Positions 14,055 to 30,879 of a DNA stretch of 64,000 nucleotides are shown here, piece by piece. How positions within the stretch are numbered: the stretch's first letter is position 1; each line of letters opens with the position of its first letter. The notes under the pieces were generated by a model. That model was not told the origin of the DNA. It saw only the letters and a list, made by a program, of their open reading frames with translations, and did no database searches. Made by a program: the position numbers and the translations under genes. This DNA is from Eledone cirrhosa. Taxonomy: Eukaryota. The stretch covers positions 133,176,001 through 133,240,000 of the forward strand of contig OZ024742.1 of the NCBI GenBank assembly GCA_964016885.1. Reading direction: 5' to 3'.

Positions 14055-14682
14055 TATACCTTCCCGTCAGTCAATTGAACGTTTGAAAGTATATACTTTC
14101 CTTATACATATTAACAGGCTGAGCAGCTTAATTTGCATATCGAATAAGGTAGTTGGCCGGGCGTACCAAAAACGATAAATGGAAAAAATGAAATTTCATT
14201 TCTCACTCTTAGTACGGCTGATACTTAAATATAAATATGTATACGTACATACATATATGTATACAGAAGTACAGTAGTATGTATATACATACATGCAAAC
14301 ATATATATATGTACGTATGTGTTTACCGAACATTTATGATAATGTTCGGTTTGTTTGTAAACAAACAGCCCGAATTAAGCCGTACAGTGTTCGGGAACAA
14401 TTGTTGCCCTTTTGTTCAACACTGACAAAGGAACAATGAACTAACAAATGGGCAACGATGGTTGCCGAATACTGTACGGCTTAATTCGGGCTGTTTGTTT
14501 ACAAACAAACCGAACATTATAATAAATGTTCGGTAAACTCCTACGTACATATATATGTGTGTGCATGTATGTATATACATACTACTGTACATCTGTATAC
14601 ATATATATATGTACGTATACATACTTATATTTATGTATCAGCCGTACTAAGAGTGAGAAATGAAATTTCATTTTTTTCCATT

Positions 14683-14692
14683 TATATATATT

Positions 14693-14787
<95 letters not shown>

Positions 14788-15047
14788 GTATATATATATA
14801 TGCATATATATATATGTGTATATATATACGTATATGTATATATACGTGTATATATATATATGTGTATATATATGTATATGTATATATACGTATATATATA
14901 TATACGTATATATATACGTATATATATATATGTGTGTATATATATATGTGTGTATATATATACGTATATATATATATATACGTATATATATACGTATATA
15001 TATATATATACGTGTATATATATATATACGTATATATATATATATAC

Positions 15048-15093
<46 letters not shown>

Positions 15094-15133
15094 GTATATA
15101 TATATATATATACGTATATATATATATATATAC

Positions 15134-15196
<63 letters not shown>

Positions 15197-15218
15197 CGTA
15201 TATATATATGGATATATA
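14683..15218. repeat. (TA)n array with recurrent TACG interruptions
   Basis: Direct reading. Confidence 0.95.
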
Positions 15219-15222
15219 TTTT

Positions 15223-16320
15223 CTAGGGCGGGTAAAATTCCCGAGGTCCATGGACGAGTTCTCTCCAGCGGTCTCTGTCCCTAATTATCGCTACCATGTC
15301 CTGCGTCTCCAACAGACCAGTGTCTGTCCTTAGGGCATCAACATACGTTAACCTTGTTCTTCCTCTTACAGTCTGTCCATGTAGGGTATCCCACAGGAGC
15401 ACTGAGTGCAATGTCAACTCTGGATGTTGGTGAGCATGTGCAGCTAACGTCAGTCTCCTCTGTGTCACTTTTGAGCTGACTTTTGGGAAGCTGCCATACA
15501 TCTATGGATTTTTCATCCTCAGTGTATACTGATTGATGTTCAGAGCCCTCCTCAGCATTCTCGTGTAGCACCCATCCACCATCTGAGTGAATTTATTGGT
15601 CAGTGTCCAAGTCTCAGACCCGTACAGCAGCACAGACCTCACCACAACAATGAAGAGGCGGATTATCAGCTCTTTACGAAGGTCCGACTGACACACCGAT
15701 CTCAAGCTGTGCTATGCCGCCCAGGCTTTGCTCTTCCTCTCAACCACATCATCTTCCGTATTCCCAATCGTTGCTCCCAAATACAGGAATTCCTCAACCA
15801 ATTCTAGCCGCTTCCCGCCTACATTAGTGATCCCTTCTGGCTTCTCAACATTCACTACCAGATATTTTGTTTTAGTCTCATTCATTATCAGCACCACACT
15901 CAACGACACAGTCTCAACCTCCTGCATCAAAACCTCTTCCTCATTCACTGTATTCGTCACCAAAACAATGTCATTGCCAAATTCAGCATCTGATATCTGT
16001 TTCGCCTTAACTCTACTGCTCTGAGCCGGGGCTACAGTAGAGCCACAGTCTTGGTGTTTCTCCAGTGCAAGGCGCATACAATAGTCCCCTACGATGATAA
16101 AAAGGTAGGGAGCCAATGTATCTCCCTGATGCACTCCAGCCAGTATCACAAAGAACTCTGTCATCCCATCAGGTGTAATGACTTGGTCTTTGGTGTTGGT
16201 GTAAAGCAGTGATATCAGGTACACTATCTTCTTGGGAATTCCATAAGCCTGTAAGATCTTCATCAGGCAGTGAGGGTCAACAGAAATAAAGGCGTTCCTA
16301 AAGTCAATGAAAACCATGAC
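15223..16320 (-). pseudogene. RTE-like LINE, decayed 3' part of RT ORF
   Basis: FIDFRNAF..V, GVHQGDTLAPYLF, decayed FADD (FGND), LELVEEFLYLGA, SVLLYGSETWTLT, C-terminal GRTRLTYVD...DRDRWR; stops and frameshifts. Confidence 0.88.
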
Positions 16321-16360
16321 CGCAGTGGACTATTGTATGGGCCTTGCACTGGAGAAAAAT

Positions 16361-16443
16361 CAGGACTCTGGCTTTGCTGTAGCACCGGCTCAGAGCAGGA
16401 GAGTTAAGGCGAAAAAAAAAATATATATATATACCTATATATG

Positions 16444-16475
<32 letters not shown>

Positions 16476-16526
16476 TGTATATATATATATGTTTATATAT
16501 ATATATATGTATATTTGTATATATGT

Positions 16527-16557
<31 letters not shown>

Positions 16558-16719
16558 GTGGTGGAACACTGGAAGGTAATATCCGTAGTGGTAGAGCACT
16601 CAGTCCAATTGTTCTCGGTATGGTGAACTAACTGTTGTGTAACCACTTCTACCTGACTCTTCCCTTGTACTGAGTGCTCTACCACTACGGATATTACCTT
16701 CCAGTGTTCCACCACTATA

Positions 16720-16757
<38 letters not shown>

Positions 16758-16814
16758 CATATATACATATATATATACATATATATATATAAGCATATAT
16801 ATATATATATATAG

Positions 16815-16865
<51 letters not shown>

Positions 16866-16919
16866 TTCCTCTTAACTATCCTGCTCTGAGCTGGTGCTAC
16901 AGTAAAGCCAGAGTCCTGG
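16361..16919. repeat. Nested ~560-bp palindrome: RTE fragment-(TA)n-48-bp perfect IR-(TA)n-inverted RTE fragment
   Basis: 16361-16420 mirrors 16862-16919; 16556-16604 mirrors 16669-16717. Confidence 0.85.
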
Positions 16920-16950
16920 TAACCATATGTGTATGGTAACCATACACATC

Positions 16951-16990
16951 CCGAGCTGAAGATCCGCGAAGGTGAAACAATTGTTCTCGG
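16951..16990 (+). ncRNA. Type I hammerhead ribozyme
   Basis: ccgag-CTGAAGA-tcc gcgaa ggt-GAAAC-aatt-GTT-ctcgg; perfect stem I extended by accatac/gtatggt; palindromic stem III. Confidence 0.78.
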
Positions 16991-17137
16991 TATGGTGAAC
17001 TAACTGTTGTGTAACCACTTATATATATATATATATAGGAACGATCGACTTTCGTCAAATCGGACCGAGGGAACAATGTTTCCGTTGGTCTTTCCAATTG
17101 CTAATACTATCTATCGGTCGCAACTCCAGGTAGAAGG

Positions 17138-17251
17138 AGCAACGTGAAATAAAGTGTCTTGCTCAAGGACATAACGCATCGCCTGGTCCAGGAATCGAAC
17201 TCACAACATTACGATTGCGAATCCAATTCTCTAACCACTCAGCCACACGCC
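17138..17251 (-). mobile_element. tRNA-derived SINE with CORE-like central motif (second family)
   Basis: Minus: ggcgtgtggctgagtggttagag (A box)...gagttcgattcc (B box)...gtccttgagcaagacacttta. Confidence 0.75.
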
Positions 17252-17253
17252 TT

Positions 17254-18342
<1,089 letters not shown>

Positions 18343-18343
<1 letters not shown>

Positions 18344-21018
18344 GTATAAAAGAGAAAACACAGGTAAGATTTAGAGAAGGATGTTATCCACGGTTTACGA
18401 CCGTTTCATTGGTAAGTGCATTATATTGCTATACTGCAAATAGCAGCCACTCAATTATAATTGTTGTTCACAGTCCAAATTTTCAAAATAGTAAGTTACT
18501 CTTGAAATATTTATTAATATATTGAGAAAAACATTTATTTGGAATTGTATTTACTAGTATAGAGAGAGAGGAATCAAAAGGTGAGGGGACAAACGGAATA
18601 GTATAGAGAGAGAGCGAGGGGGAAGAGGTAGAAAATAGGGTGACAAACTGAGATGGAGGGACGGGTAGAGGTGGAAGGATTCCTTTGTCAGTTTTGATAG
18701 CAGACTTCATGTCTTGGAATGTAGTGAGTTAAAGAGAATTAAATTGATCATAGTGGAAGGCAGGGATAGAGAGGAAGAGAGAGAAGGGGAGATATAAAGA
18801 GATAAATATATATATATATAAAATAAAGATAAAGATAATAATGACAAAAATAAAAGCAAAGAAGGGGGTGAGAAAGAAGAAATGAAAATATAGCCAAGAA
18901 GAGGAGGGATGGAAGGAAGAAAACGAAGAAAGAGAAGTGGAATGTGGGAGAAGAGGGGGATATATGTATTGGTTTTGTGGGTAATTAAAAGGGATTAGAT
19001 AGAACAAGTGGGTATAAAGTCTAAGTATATGCAGTTTGTCAGTTGGTAGTAAGAGGTTAAAGGTTCGATTTGTAGTGCGAAAACTTCTCTTTGAGTCTAT
19101 GTTTACAATAAATTGATCTCTCGATTTTATTGATGAGTAACTTATTCTTCGAACTTAAGATGTGGAACAGCTCAAGGTCGCATAATCGACAGCTTCTCAT
19201 ACCACTCCGATTTGGGGGCGCGTTCGATAATGTTTTCCATTTCAGGGTGTATTGATGGTTACTTTCCCTCAGTTGCCAGGTCTTGTTTGCAAGGATAGTT
19301 ACATAACGGTGCGGGGAATGTTTCATTGCGTAACGGTGTGTATACCAGCGGGCTTTAAATGTATTCCCAGTCGCTCCGAAGTAATACCATTTCTGGTTGT
19401 CTGATTCTACTGTGCATTGGTAAACCAGGTTAGCCTGCATACATTCATTATGTAATGGACAGGTTTCAAGTAGGTGGCAGTTACAGTTCTTGTCATGGGC
19501 AACTTTGGCATTATTGGTGGGCTGCGATGCCTGTACAAGTGTGTTACGTTTTGTTTGCCTATTAGCGGGTGGTTGTGTATTAGATAGTGTGTTGTGCTCG
19601 GTGGTCATTGTATTGTTATTGTTATAAATTTGTATTTTGGTGTTGTTGTGTATCTTTTTAGCGTTAAGATCTTAATGTGTGCCTCTATATTTGGTGCCGT
19701 GGAGTAAGATAGTCTAATAGATTTAGTGTTAAGGATTTTGCTGTATCTATATGAATCTGGAAAGTGCTTATTTATTATTCTAAAGAAGGTAGAGGGTAGG
19801 TTAGTACTAATAGAGGTGTTAAATATGGGGTTATACCAAATATATTTTCTACTGCGTGACTTGTTTGATTTCGATGTTGTATTTCTATTTGCCGTACACT
19901 TTGCAGTTCTATGAGTAAGTGCATGTGTGCGTGTGTTACCGGAGTTTGTGTTATGCGTGTTCGTGTGCGCTTCACGGAGGCTTTCATCTATATATTCTAC
20001 TCTATCTAAGTGGCCTGCCTTGTCTAATGCGGTATTGTATTATTCTGCATGTTCTTCGAAGATTTGTCGGTTAGACGAGAGGCGGGAGATCCTAAGGGAT
20101 ATGCTGCGTGAAATGGATTTAATTATGGATAGTGGGTGGTTTGAGTTACAGTTGATGTATGCTAAGTTTTCATTAATCTTGTGAAAAGGTCTTAAAAGTC
20201 CCGTATTTAGGTTAAGCGTCACGTCTAGAAAGTTAACTGTTTTAGTGCTATACTTATACGTTATGCTAAGGTCTAGTTTTCCGAGAGTCATTCTAATATT
20301 CTTACGGAGTCTTTCTATGCTCTGGTTATATAGGTTCTTAACTAGGAGAAGGGCGTCGTCTCTGTAGATTCCAGCGTGAAGGTCGCTAAACTAACTTTGT
20401 AAACTATGGGCTATGTAAATACCTACTAATTCTGTGACTTGAGCCGAATCGTTAGCCCCCATCGTGATGTCAATGTTATTTAATCTATCCTTACGTTCCC
20501 AATAGGCGTTTTCAAATGTAATTATTGTTTTCCTAGCAGCTAATATAATTTTTTATCTCGTCGCCTGTTATGTCAGAATTGGCTTTGGCGAATGCTAAGG
20601 CCTTATCCAAGGTGTTGGGGGATATAGATGAGTAATAATCGTTAATGTCAAATTGTATAAATTTAGATATTTCTTTGTTAGCTATATTGTTAAACCACTC
20701 TATGTATTAAGAATTATTTCAAGAGTAACTTACTATTTTGAAAATTTGGACTGTGAACAACAATTATAATTGAGTGGCAGCTATTTGCAGTATAGCAATA
20801 TAAGGTTGCACTTACCAATGAAACGGTCGTAAATACCTGGATAAAATCCTCCTCTTAATGCTTACCTGTGTTGTCTCTTTTATACTTTATACTCCAAGTT
20901 TGAACGGAATTCTTACAAACTTGTGGAGTTACCCCTAACCGTACGTTGAAACCATCCATGAAACTAGCTTTCATAACCAAGAACTGGATCACAATAAGCA
21001 ATGTTTTGCTTCTCTAAC
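18343..21018 (-). mobile_element. Penelope-like element (Nematis-like, tentative), 5'-truncated with inverted pLTR
   Basis: RT+GIY-YIG remnant 19057-20700; 20703-20886 is the reverse complement of 18343-18520; (TA)n both sides. Confidence 0.88.
19057..20700 (-). pseudogene. PLE RT/GIY-YIG ORF, disrupted
   Basis: QFDINDYYSSI, DITMGANDSAQVTELVGIY, GIYRDDAL, VNFLDVTLNL, SNHP..I.K; CNC...CPL...C..NLVYQC...YFGATGNTFKARWYTH...CRLC...CKH. Confidence 0.88.
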
Positions 21019-21019
21019 T

Positions 21020-21501
<482 letters not shown>

Positions 21502-21514
21502 GGAATAGAATGAA

Positions 21515-21808
21515 ACGAAATTTCATTTCTCACTCTTAGTACGGCACTTACTTAAATGTAAGTATGTATGTATACGTACATACATATATGTATACAGACG
21601 TACAGTAGCATGTATATATATATACATACAGGCACACATATATATATGCACGTATCAGTTTAACGAACATTTATTATAATGCTCGGTTTGTTCGTTTGTA
21701 AACAAACAAACAGCCTGAATTACGCCGTACAGTGTTTAGGCAACCACGTCACCTTTTTGTTCAACACTGACACAGGAACGATGTACTAGTTTCAAGTTTA
21801 TTAGCTAT
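21515..21808 (-). repeat. Dispersed partial copy of the 425-bp HHR unit
   Basis: gaaatttcatttctcactcttagtacggc...gccgtacagtgtt...; minus-strand HHR 3' half GAAAC-ta-GTA-catcg at ~21779-21796. Confidence 0.8.
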
Positions 21809-22049
21809 ATATGATTATATATATATATATATATATGCATATATATATATATATATATGCATATATATATATATGCATATGCATATATATATATATGCAT
21901 ATATATGCATATATACATATATATATATTATCATATATATATATATATATATATACATATATATATGCATATATACATATATATAATATATATATACATA
22001 TATATATGCATATATACATATATATATATATATATACATATATATATGC

Positions 22050-22100
<51 letters not shown>

Positions 22101-22169
22101 TATATATATATATGTATATATATATATATGCATATATATATGCATATACATATATATATATATATATAT

Positions 22170-23272
22170 GGAGGAGGTTATAGTTCACTTGAAGCATTGT
22201 GTAATGAGGTATAAACGTTTGAATATGTGTAATAAAAATAGAAACAACAACAGCCATCCGCAGAGCCATCAGACGAGAGGGACTGGATATCCAACTGGCC
22301 CACTCGGGTCCTTCTCTGCGCGTACGGTTGGCCAAGAGACACTCCACCAGACATGACAACTGCTGCAGACTAGCCAACTGCCCCCTCAACGACACAGACC
22401 TATGCCACCAGGCTTACGTCGTATACAGACTAGAGTGTGACAAATGCAACAACTTCTACGTAGGTAGCACCACCAGACCACTCCACATAAGAATAAAAGA
22501 ACACCTCAATACTAACGCTTCCTCATTTAAGAAACACCTAGTTAAATGCAAAAACGCCGACAAAACCATAACAGTTAGGATAGAAACTAAGGAAAGAAAC
22601 CTCGGCAATCTTAGAATTAAGGAAGCACTAATTATAGATAAAACACAACCACCAATCAATAATAGACTAGAACTCAACACCCAATTTATAACTTGATAGG
22701 GCCTCTAGCCCCATATTTACACACCGCACACACACACACGCACGCGCACACACACACGCCTACACCTCCACTTATTCTCTCTCACACATACACACACAAA
22801 ACCAGTTCTAACACCAGATAACACCTAACCCCCCCCCCCACCCACCACCACCACATTTACGAATAGACCTATCTTCTCACGCTCACACACCCACACCCAC
22901 ATACCTACACCTTCATGCATTCTTCCACACACATATACAGGCATGTATATAAAATAAAAACAAAAAAAATCCCTAAACAAACCTCTTTTAAAGGGAGACT
23001 ACTCTTTATCCACCTAATTTTAATTCTTTGATATTAGAGATAGAACAGATACTCTATACTATTTCCTGTCAGCATGGCTTGGGTAGATATTTAGAGCGCT
23101 GGCTTGAGACCTTTATTTCCCTCCGAAGAAGAGATACTATCTCGAAAATTAAGGACATTTAAATAAATTCAAGGTAAAGGACGAATTGTCAACAATATCT
23201 TTTACAATTGCATTCTTTTTTCTATGTCCATACCTGCATTGTTTTGGCTTTATTACACATATTCAAACGTAT
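22170..23272 (+). mobile_element. PLE 3' fragment (GIY-YIG + 3'UTR) with short inverted 5' tail
   Basis: ORF 22328-22696 VVYRLECDKCNNFYVGSTTRPLHIRIKEH...IKEALII...PPINNR; acgtttgaatatgtgtaataaa (~22215) is inverted at ~23248-23270. Confidence 0.85.
23120..23154 (+). ncRNA. Minimal hammerhead, CCGAAGA core variant
   Basis: cct-CCGAAGA-a-gagat act atctc-GAAA-a-TTA-agg; AATAAA just downstream. Confidence 0.7.
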
Positions 23273-23310
23273 ATATATATATATATATATATGCATATAT
23301 ATATGCATAT

Positions 23311-23413
<103 letters not shown>

Positions 23414-23816
23414 TATATATATGCATATATATATATATTTATATATATATATATATTATATTTAATATATAGATCGCTATAAAACCTAATTATATATATA
23501 TATACATAATTAGTATCGTATAATTAAAATGAACATTTGTGCCGACGTCTCCAATAGCAAACTTATAATTTACCCCTACAAATAGGAGTAGAGAATTACT
23601 TATGAAACACGTTGAGATACAGCTAGTGATGAGCTAACAATTATTGGAACTGGGATGATTAAATCTTGAAATATGGGTAATACCTGCTAATCGAAACTAA
23701 ATTGTAGTTTCAACATTCATTTTATTTACATTAGCTGATCTATCATGTGAATTTGAGGACAGTGACGAGCTAGCACACATTACACAGAAAATTTCGTTAT
23801 CTTAAACAGAAAACAT

Positions 23817-23865
23817 CTTTTCTGATGATCCTGTGCGCGCGTAGCTGAAACCTTAGAGTAACAAG
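23817..23865 (+). ncRNA. Hammerhead motif at end of a separate pLTR remnant
   Basis: CTGATGA-tc-ctgtgc gc gcgtag-ct-GAAAC-cttaga-GTA-acaag; weak stem I. Confidence 0.55.
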
Positions 23866-23879
23866 TCTATATATAGACG

Positions 23880-27003
<3,124 letters not shown>

Positions 27004-27045
27004 TATATATATATATATTTATATATATTGTACATTTTTTACGAA

Positions 27046-27103
<58 letters not shown>

Positions 27104-27744
27104 TTCATAAAATGTACAATTACCAGCAGGTCTGTAAGTACAGTGAGTGAGGAATAGGGATGAGATAGCATACAGAAGATAGAAATTGATAATAATTATG
27201 TGATCATCAGCTGTTTGTTAGTGTGCAAATCAACATGATTTTGTGGCAGGTCTAATAATTCGATATATATGTCGCATCTAACTTAATACTCTATCTCATA
27301 TTTTATGGTATGTACACAGATAGAGTATGGTACAAAATTTAAAATGTCTGTATTAATAAAATCATTATCGATTACTTTAATATCAGTGAATTAACTGAAA
27401 ATTACGTGACAAATGATTATTAAAATGGTCTTGAACAGGCATACCGCTTGTTATAATATTGTGTATTAGATGCATTATATTTCATCGTTAGGAACCCCAG
27501 ATAAGTCTCGCGGCAATTCCTTTTAATAGTAAACTAATTAGCAATTTCAACGTCGGAAGTACATACCATTTGGCGTTAGGCCTGTCACAAAAGAAGAATT
27601 GTATCTATATAGTCAAATTCATCACACAAAGTCACACCCGTATATATGTTAACAATACTGCATATATAAAGTATATGAGCGACAGTCCTGACTGCCTGTT
27701 TACATACTTATATACATGCAAACATACAGCCACCCACTCGTATA

Positions 27745-27957
27745 TCCCTACACATCCAGAGTTGACACTGCACACAGTGCTCCTGTGGGAGCCCCTGCAT
27801 GGGGACACACTGGAAGAGGAAGACTAAAGTTAACATATATTGATGCCCTAGGGACAGACAATGGTCTGTTGGAGACGCAGGACATGGCAGCGATAATAAG
27901 GGACAGAGATCGCTGGAGAGAACTCGGCCATGGATCTCGGCAATTTCACCCGCCCTA
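27745..27957 (+). mobile_element. 3' end of the same RTE-like LINE
   Basis: HPELTLHTVLLWEPLHG...[36 protein letters not shown] matches 15223-15440. Confidence 0.85.
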
Positions 27958-27964
27958 TATATAT

Positions 27965-28110
27965 ACCTTAACAACTAATACCTTAACACTTCACACAAAG
28001 TAAAACATTTCGTTTTAATCATTTTCTAACCCAGAAAAAAGATAGAGAAACAAAAAAGGTAAAAAAAATGTTTTCTTCCCAATAATTGTCTCTTTCTCCC
28101 TGTTTTTATA
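27965..28110 (+). mobile_element. pLTR tail of the Neptune-like PLE family
   Basis: Reverse complement homologue of 46526-46660. Confidence 0.7.
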
Positions 28111-28318
28111 TATATATAAATATATATCCTAACTCGTGTGCTTTCTCTCAACATTTTATATATATATGTAACGAAGGAGGTGTGGTAAGGAACCAGATGG
28201 ACCATAACTGCCGTAGGGTTAAACATTTTCCTATATATATATGCACGCCACACACACACTTACACACACTTACACACGCAAACACACACACACAGACAAA
28301 CACACACACACACACACG

Positions 28319-28371
<53 letters not shown>

Positions 28372-28372
<1 letters not shown>

Positions 28373-30698
28373 GATATATCTACCAAAATATATAAGCTCA
28401 CTATTACATTTGAAAACACCAGTAAAATAGTTAATTTCCTAGATATAACTTTAGACTTATCTACGGGTATCTACCACCCTTACCATAAACCTAGCCAAAA
28501 CTTACATTATATTCACTCACAATCCAATCACCCTAGATCTATCCTTAAAATCCTAGCATATAATATCTCACTCAGAATCTCTAACCTTTCATCTAACCAG
28601 GATGTATTCTATAAAATTGCGCCCTTTTATAACGAAGCTTTAGCTAGAAGCGGCCACAAAAACAAATTAGTCTATATACCTTGCACCAATAATACTTCAA
28701 ACATACAACCCAATATTACCAACAAACACCAAATGAAAAACCTACACCTAAATGCCACTCACACTACACCCAAAAATAGCAAGCTAAAACTTAATTTATC
28801 TACCTCTTCTCACATAAAATATAATAACTTTCCAAAAACCATTAATCCTAATACTCCAATATACGTTAATAACATTACTAACAAAATTCCTAATAATCAG
28901 ACTAAAACACTTAAATCAGTTAATCTAACCCAACCTATATATAATAAATTCACTAATAGTAACTCTCTTAGTAAACATCTTGATACATCGTATAAATATA
29001 AAAAAAACAATATCGAAACCGTAATAGACGAGTTACTTGGTATAATGCTCCATTTAATCTACAAATTAAAGATAATATCCCTAAAAAAATATTTTACTAT
29101 CCTAGGGAAAAACTTCCCGCCAAACCATAAATACCATCACATTTAAATAGATCACCTGTCAAATGTTCCTACTCAACTACCAAAAATATACAACAAAATA
29201 TAAGTACGTACAACTCATATAAATGTAAAAAAAACAAGAATATACCACCAACACATCAAACCAACCATAATACTAAAATAAACCGCAACAAACAACCATC
29301 TCCTTCACATATAACAAGTCGAGAAACTTCCACACCAAATTTGACGAACTACCCTGATATAATATCCACGAATAGTTGTAACTGTAGAAACAAAAGAAAT
29401 TGCCTATTAATGGGAAATTGTCTTATTAATAACATAGTCTATAAATGTAAAATTAGCACTAAGGTCTCCAATTATTCAATTATAGGAGCTACCTCTAACC
29501 AATTTAAAGTAAGATTTAATACCCACAAACATAGTTTTAAAAATGCCGCATTAGCTAATACAACATCCTTGGCTGAAACAATTAATAGTTATAGAAAAAA
29601 GATTATCGATTGCAACCTGATCTGGAGAGTGCTCAAAAGGGTCACCCCTTATCAAAATAACAGATATGATTGTAGATTATGCTCCCAGGAACTTTTTTAA
29701 ATAATGAAATCTAAGGATATCCTATTAAATAAGCGACAAGAATTAATTATATCTTGCAATCATAGAATTAGAAGAACCTTCAAATATTATAAACCTAATT
29801 AATATACACCTTACACTTATATTTTACATATTATTATAATTAGTTGTTTTAATTTAGTTAACCTATAATTAGTACTTTACTACAGAGAACTTCATAATTT
29901 TATTTCCCGCTTACAGCTCTCTTTTCCTAAAATTAATACCTAAAAATATACATATAAACTAATTTCATTTCCTGTTATGAATCTAGATTCCTTGTAGTTT
30001 ATATAAGATTGGTATTTCTCACTACTACCCTTATCGCAACTTTTTATTTTCCTTCGTTTTCAACAACATTCTTTAATAACATCTAATTCTTATTTAACAC
30101 ATCCATATGAATTAATATAAATTGATCCATATAAGTATACATATCAATTAATTTAATTTCTTGTTATAGATCTAGGTTCCTTGTGGTTTAAATAAGATTG
30201 GTATTTTTCACTAATACCCTTACCCTAAAATGTTACTCTCCTTCGTTTTTAACATTATTCTTTAATAACATCAAATTTTCGTGTAACCTTCACCGGCTTG
30301 ACCTCTTTTCATCCCCACAGTATTCTTTTCATTCAAAGTATTGTTTCCATTCAAAACATAAGTCTGCATTCCTCTACCACTAAATAAAATTTCTACTACT
30401 ACTATTCTATCACCTTGACCTTTTACTACTTTTCTATTGGTCAATTCAAAACCTGTTCCCAAACAGACCTATTATATTAAATCTTTGTTGGATTTTTTCA
30501 ATAAACAAATCTCATCATTTCTGAAGAGCATATATATGTGAAGGTATGTATATTTCCTCTGATAGTTTGTAATATTTTCACATAGATCTATATGATATAC
30601 ATACCAAGACATATATATATCTTAGAAACGATCGTAAAATGATGATTTTTTTTAAATATAAAGAACTTGTTCTTTGTATTTATTCATTGTAATTATTA

Positions 30699-30700
<2 letters not shown>
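28372..30700 (+). mobile_element. 5'-truncated PLE (Nematis-like, tentative)
   Basis: KIVNFLDITLDL...PYHKP...SNHPRSILK...RISNLSSN; CNCRNKRNCLLMGNCLINNIVYKC...IGATSNQFKVRFNTH...CRLC; 3'UTR has an internal ~130-bp direct duplication (~29940/~30140). Confidence 0.88.
30512..30645 (+). ncRNA. Hammerhead ribozyme with ~97-nt stem II
   Basis: tcatcattt-CTGAAGA-[atatatatgt..ggtatgtatat ... atatacatacc..acatatatat]-GAAAC-gatc-GTA-aaatgatga; 9-bp perfect stem I. Confidence 0.8.
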
Positions 30701-30762
<62 letters not shown>

Positions 30763-30879
30763 TATTTACGTATCGAGAGAGAGAAAAAAAGGGGAGGATA
30801 GGTGATACATATAGTTATTTGCCAAGTAGCGTATGCCAAAGGTGCTCGATACTAGTGCCGGCAGTATTAAATATTCGAA

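Larger units (their letters stand above)
13395..14682 (-). repeat. Non-coding ~425-bp tandem array (~2.5 units) plus inverted partial unit (14445-14682), one HHR per unit; retrozyme-like or non-autonomous PLE
   Basis: ctcactcttagtacggctgatactt at 13776 and 14202; HHRs at 13590 and 14014; dispersed copy at 21515-21808. Confidence 0.8.

Noticed and set aside
13395-14445. Possible CRISPR-like or satellite array
   Set aside because: Units are ~425 bp without unique spacers; eukaryotic context, no cas genes
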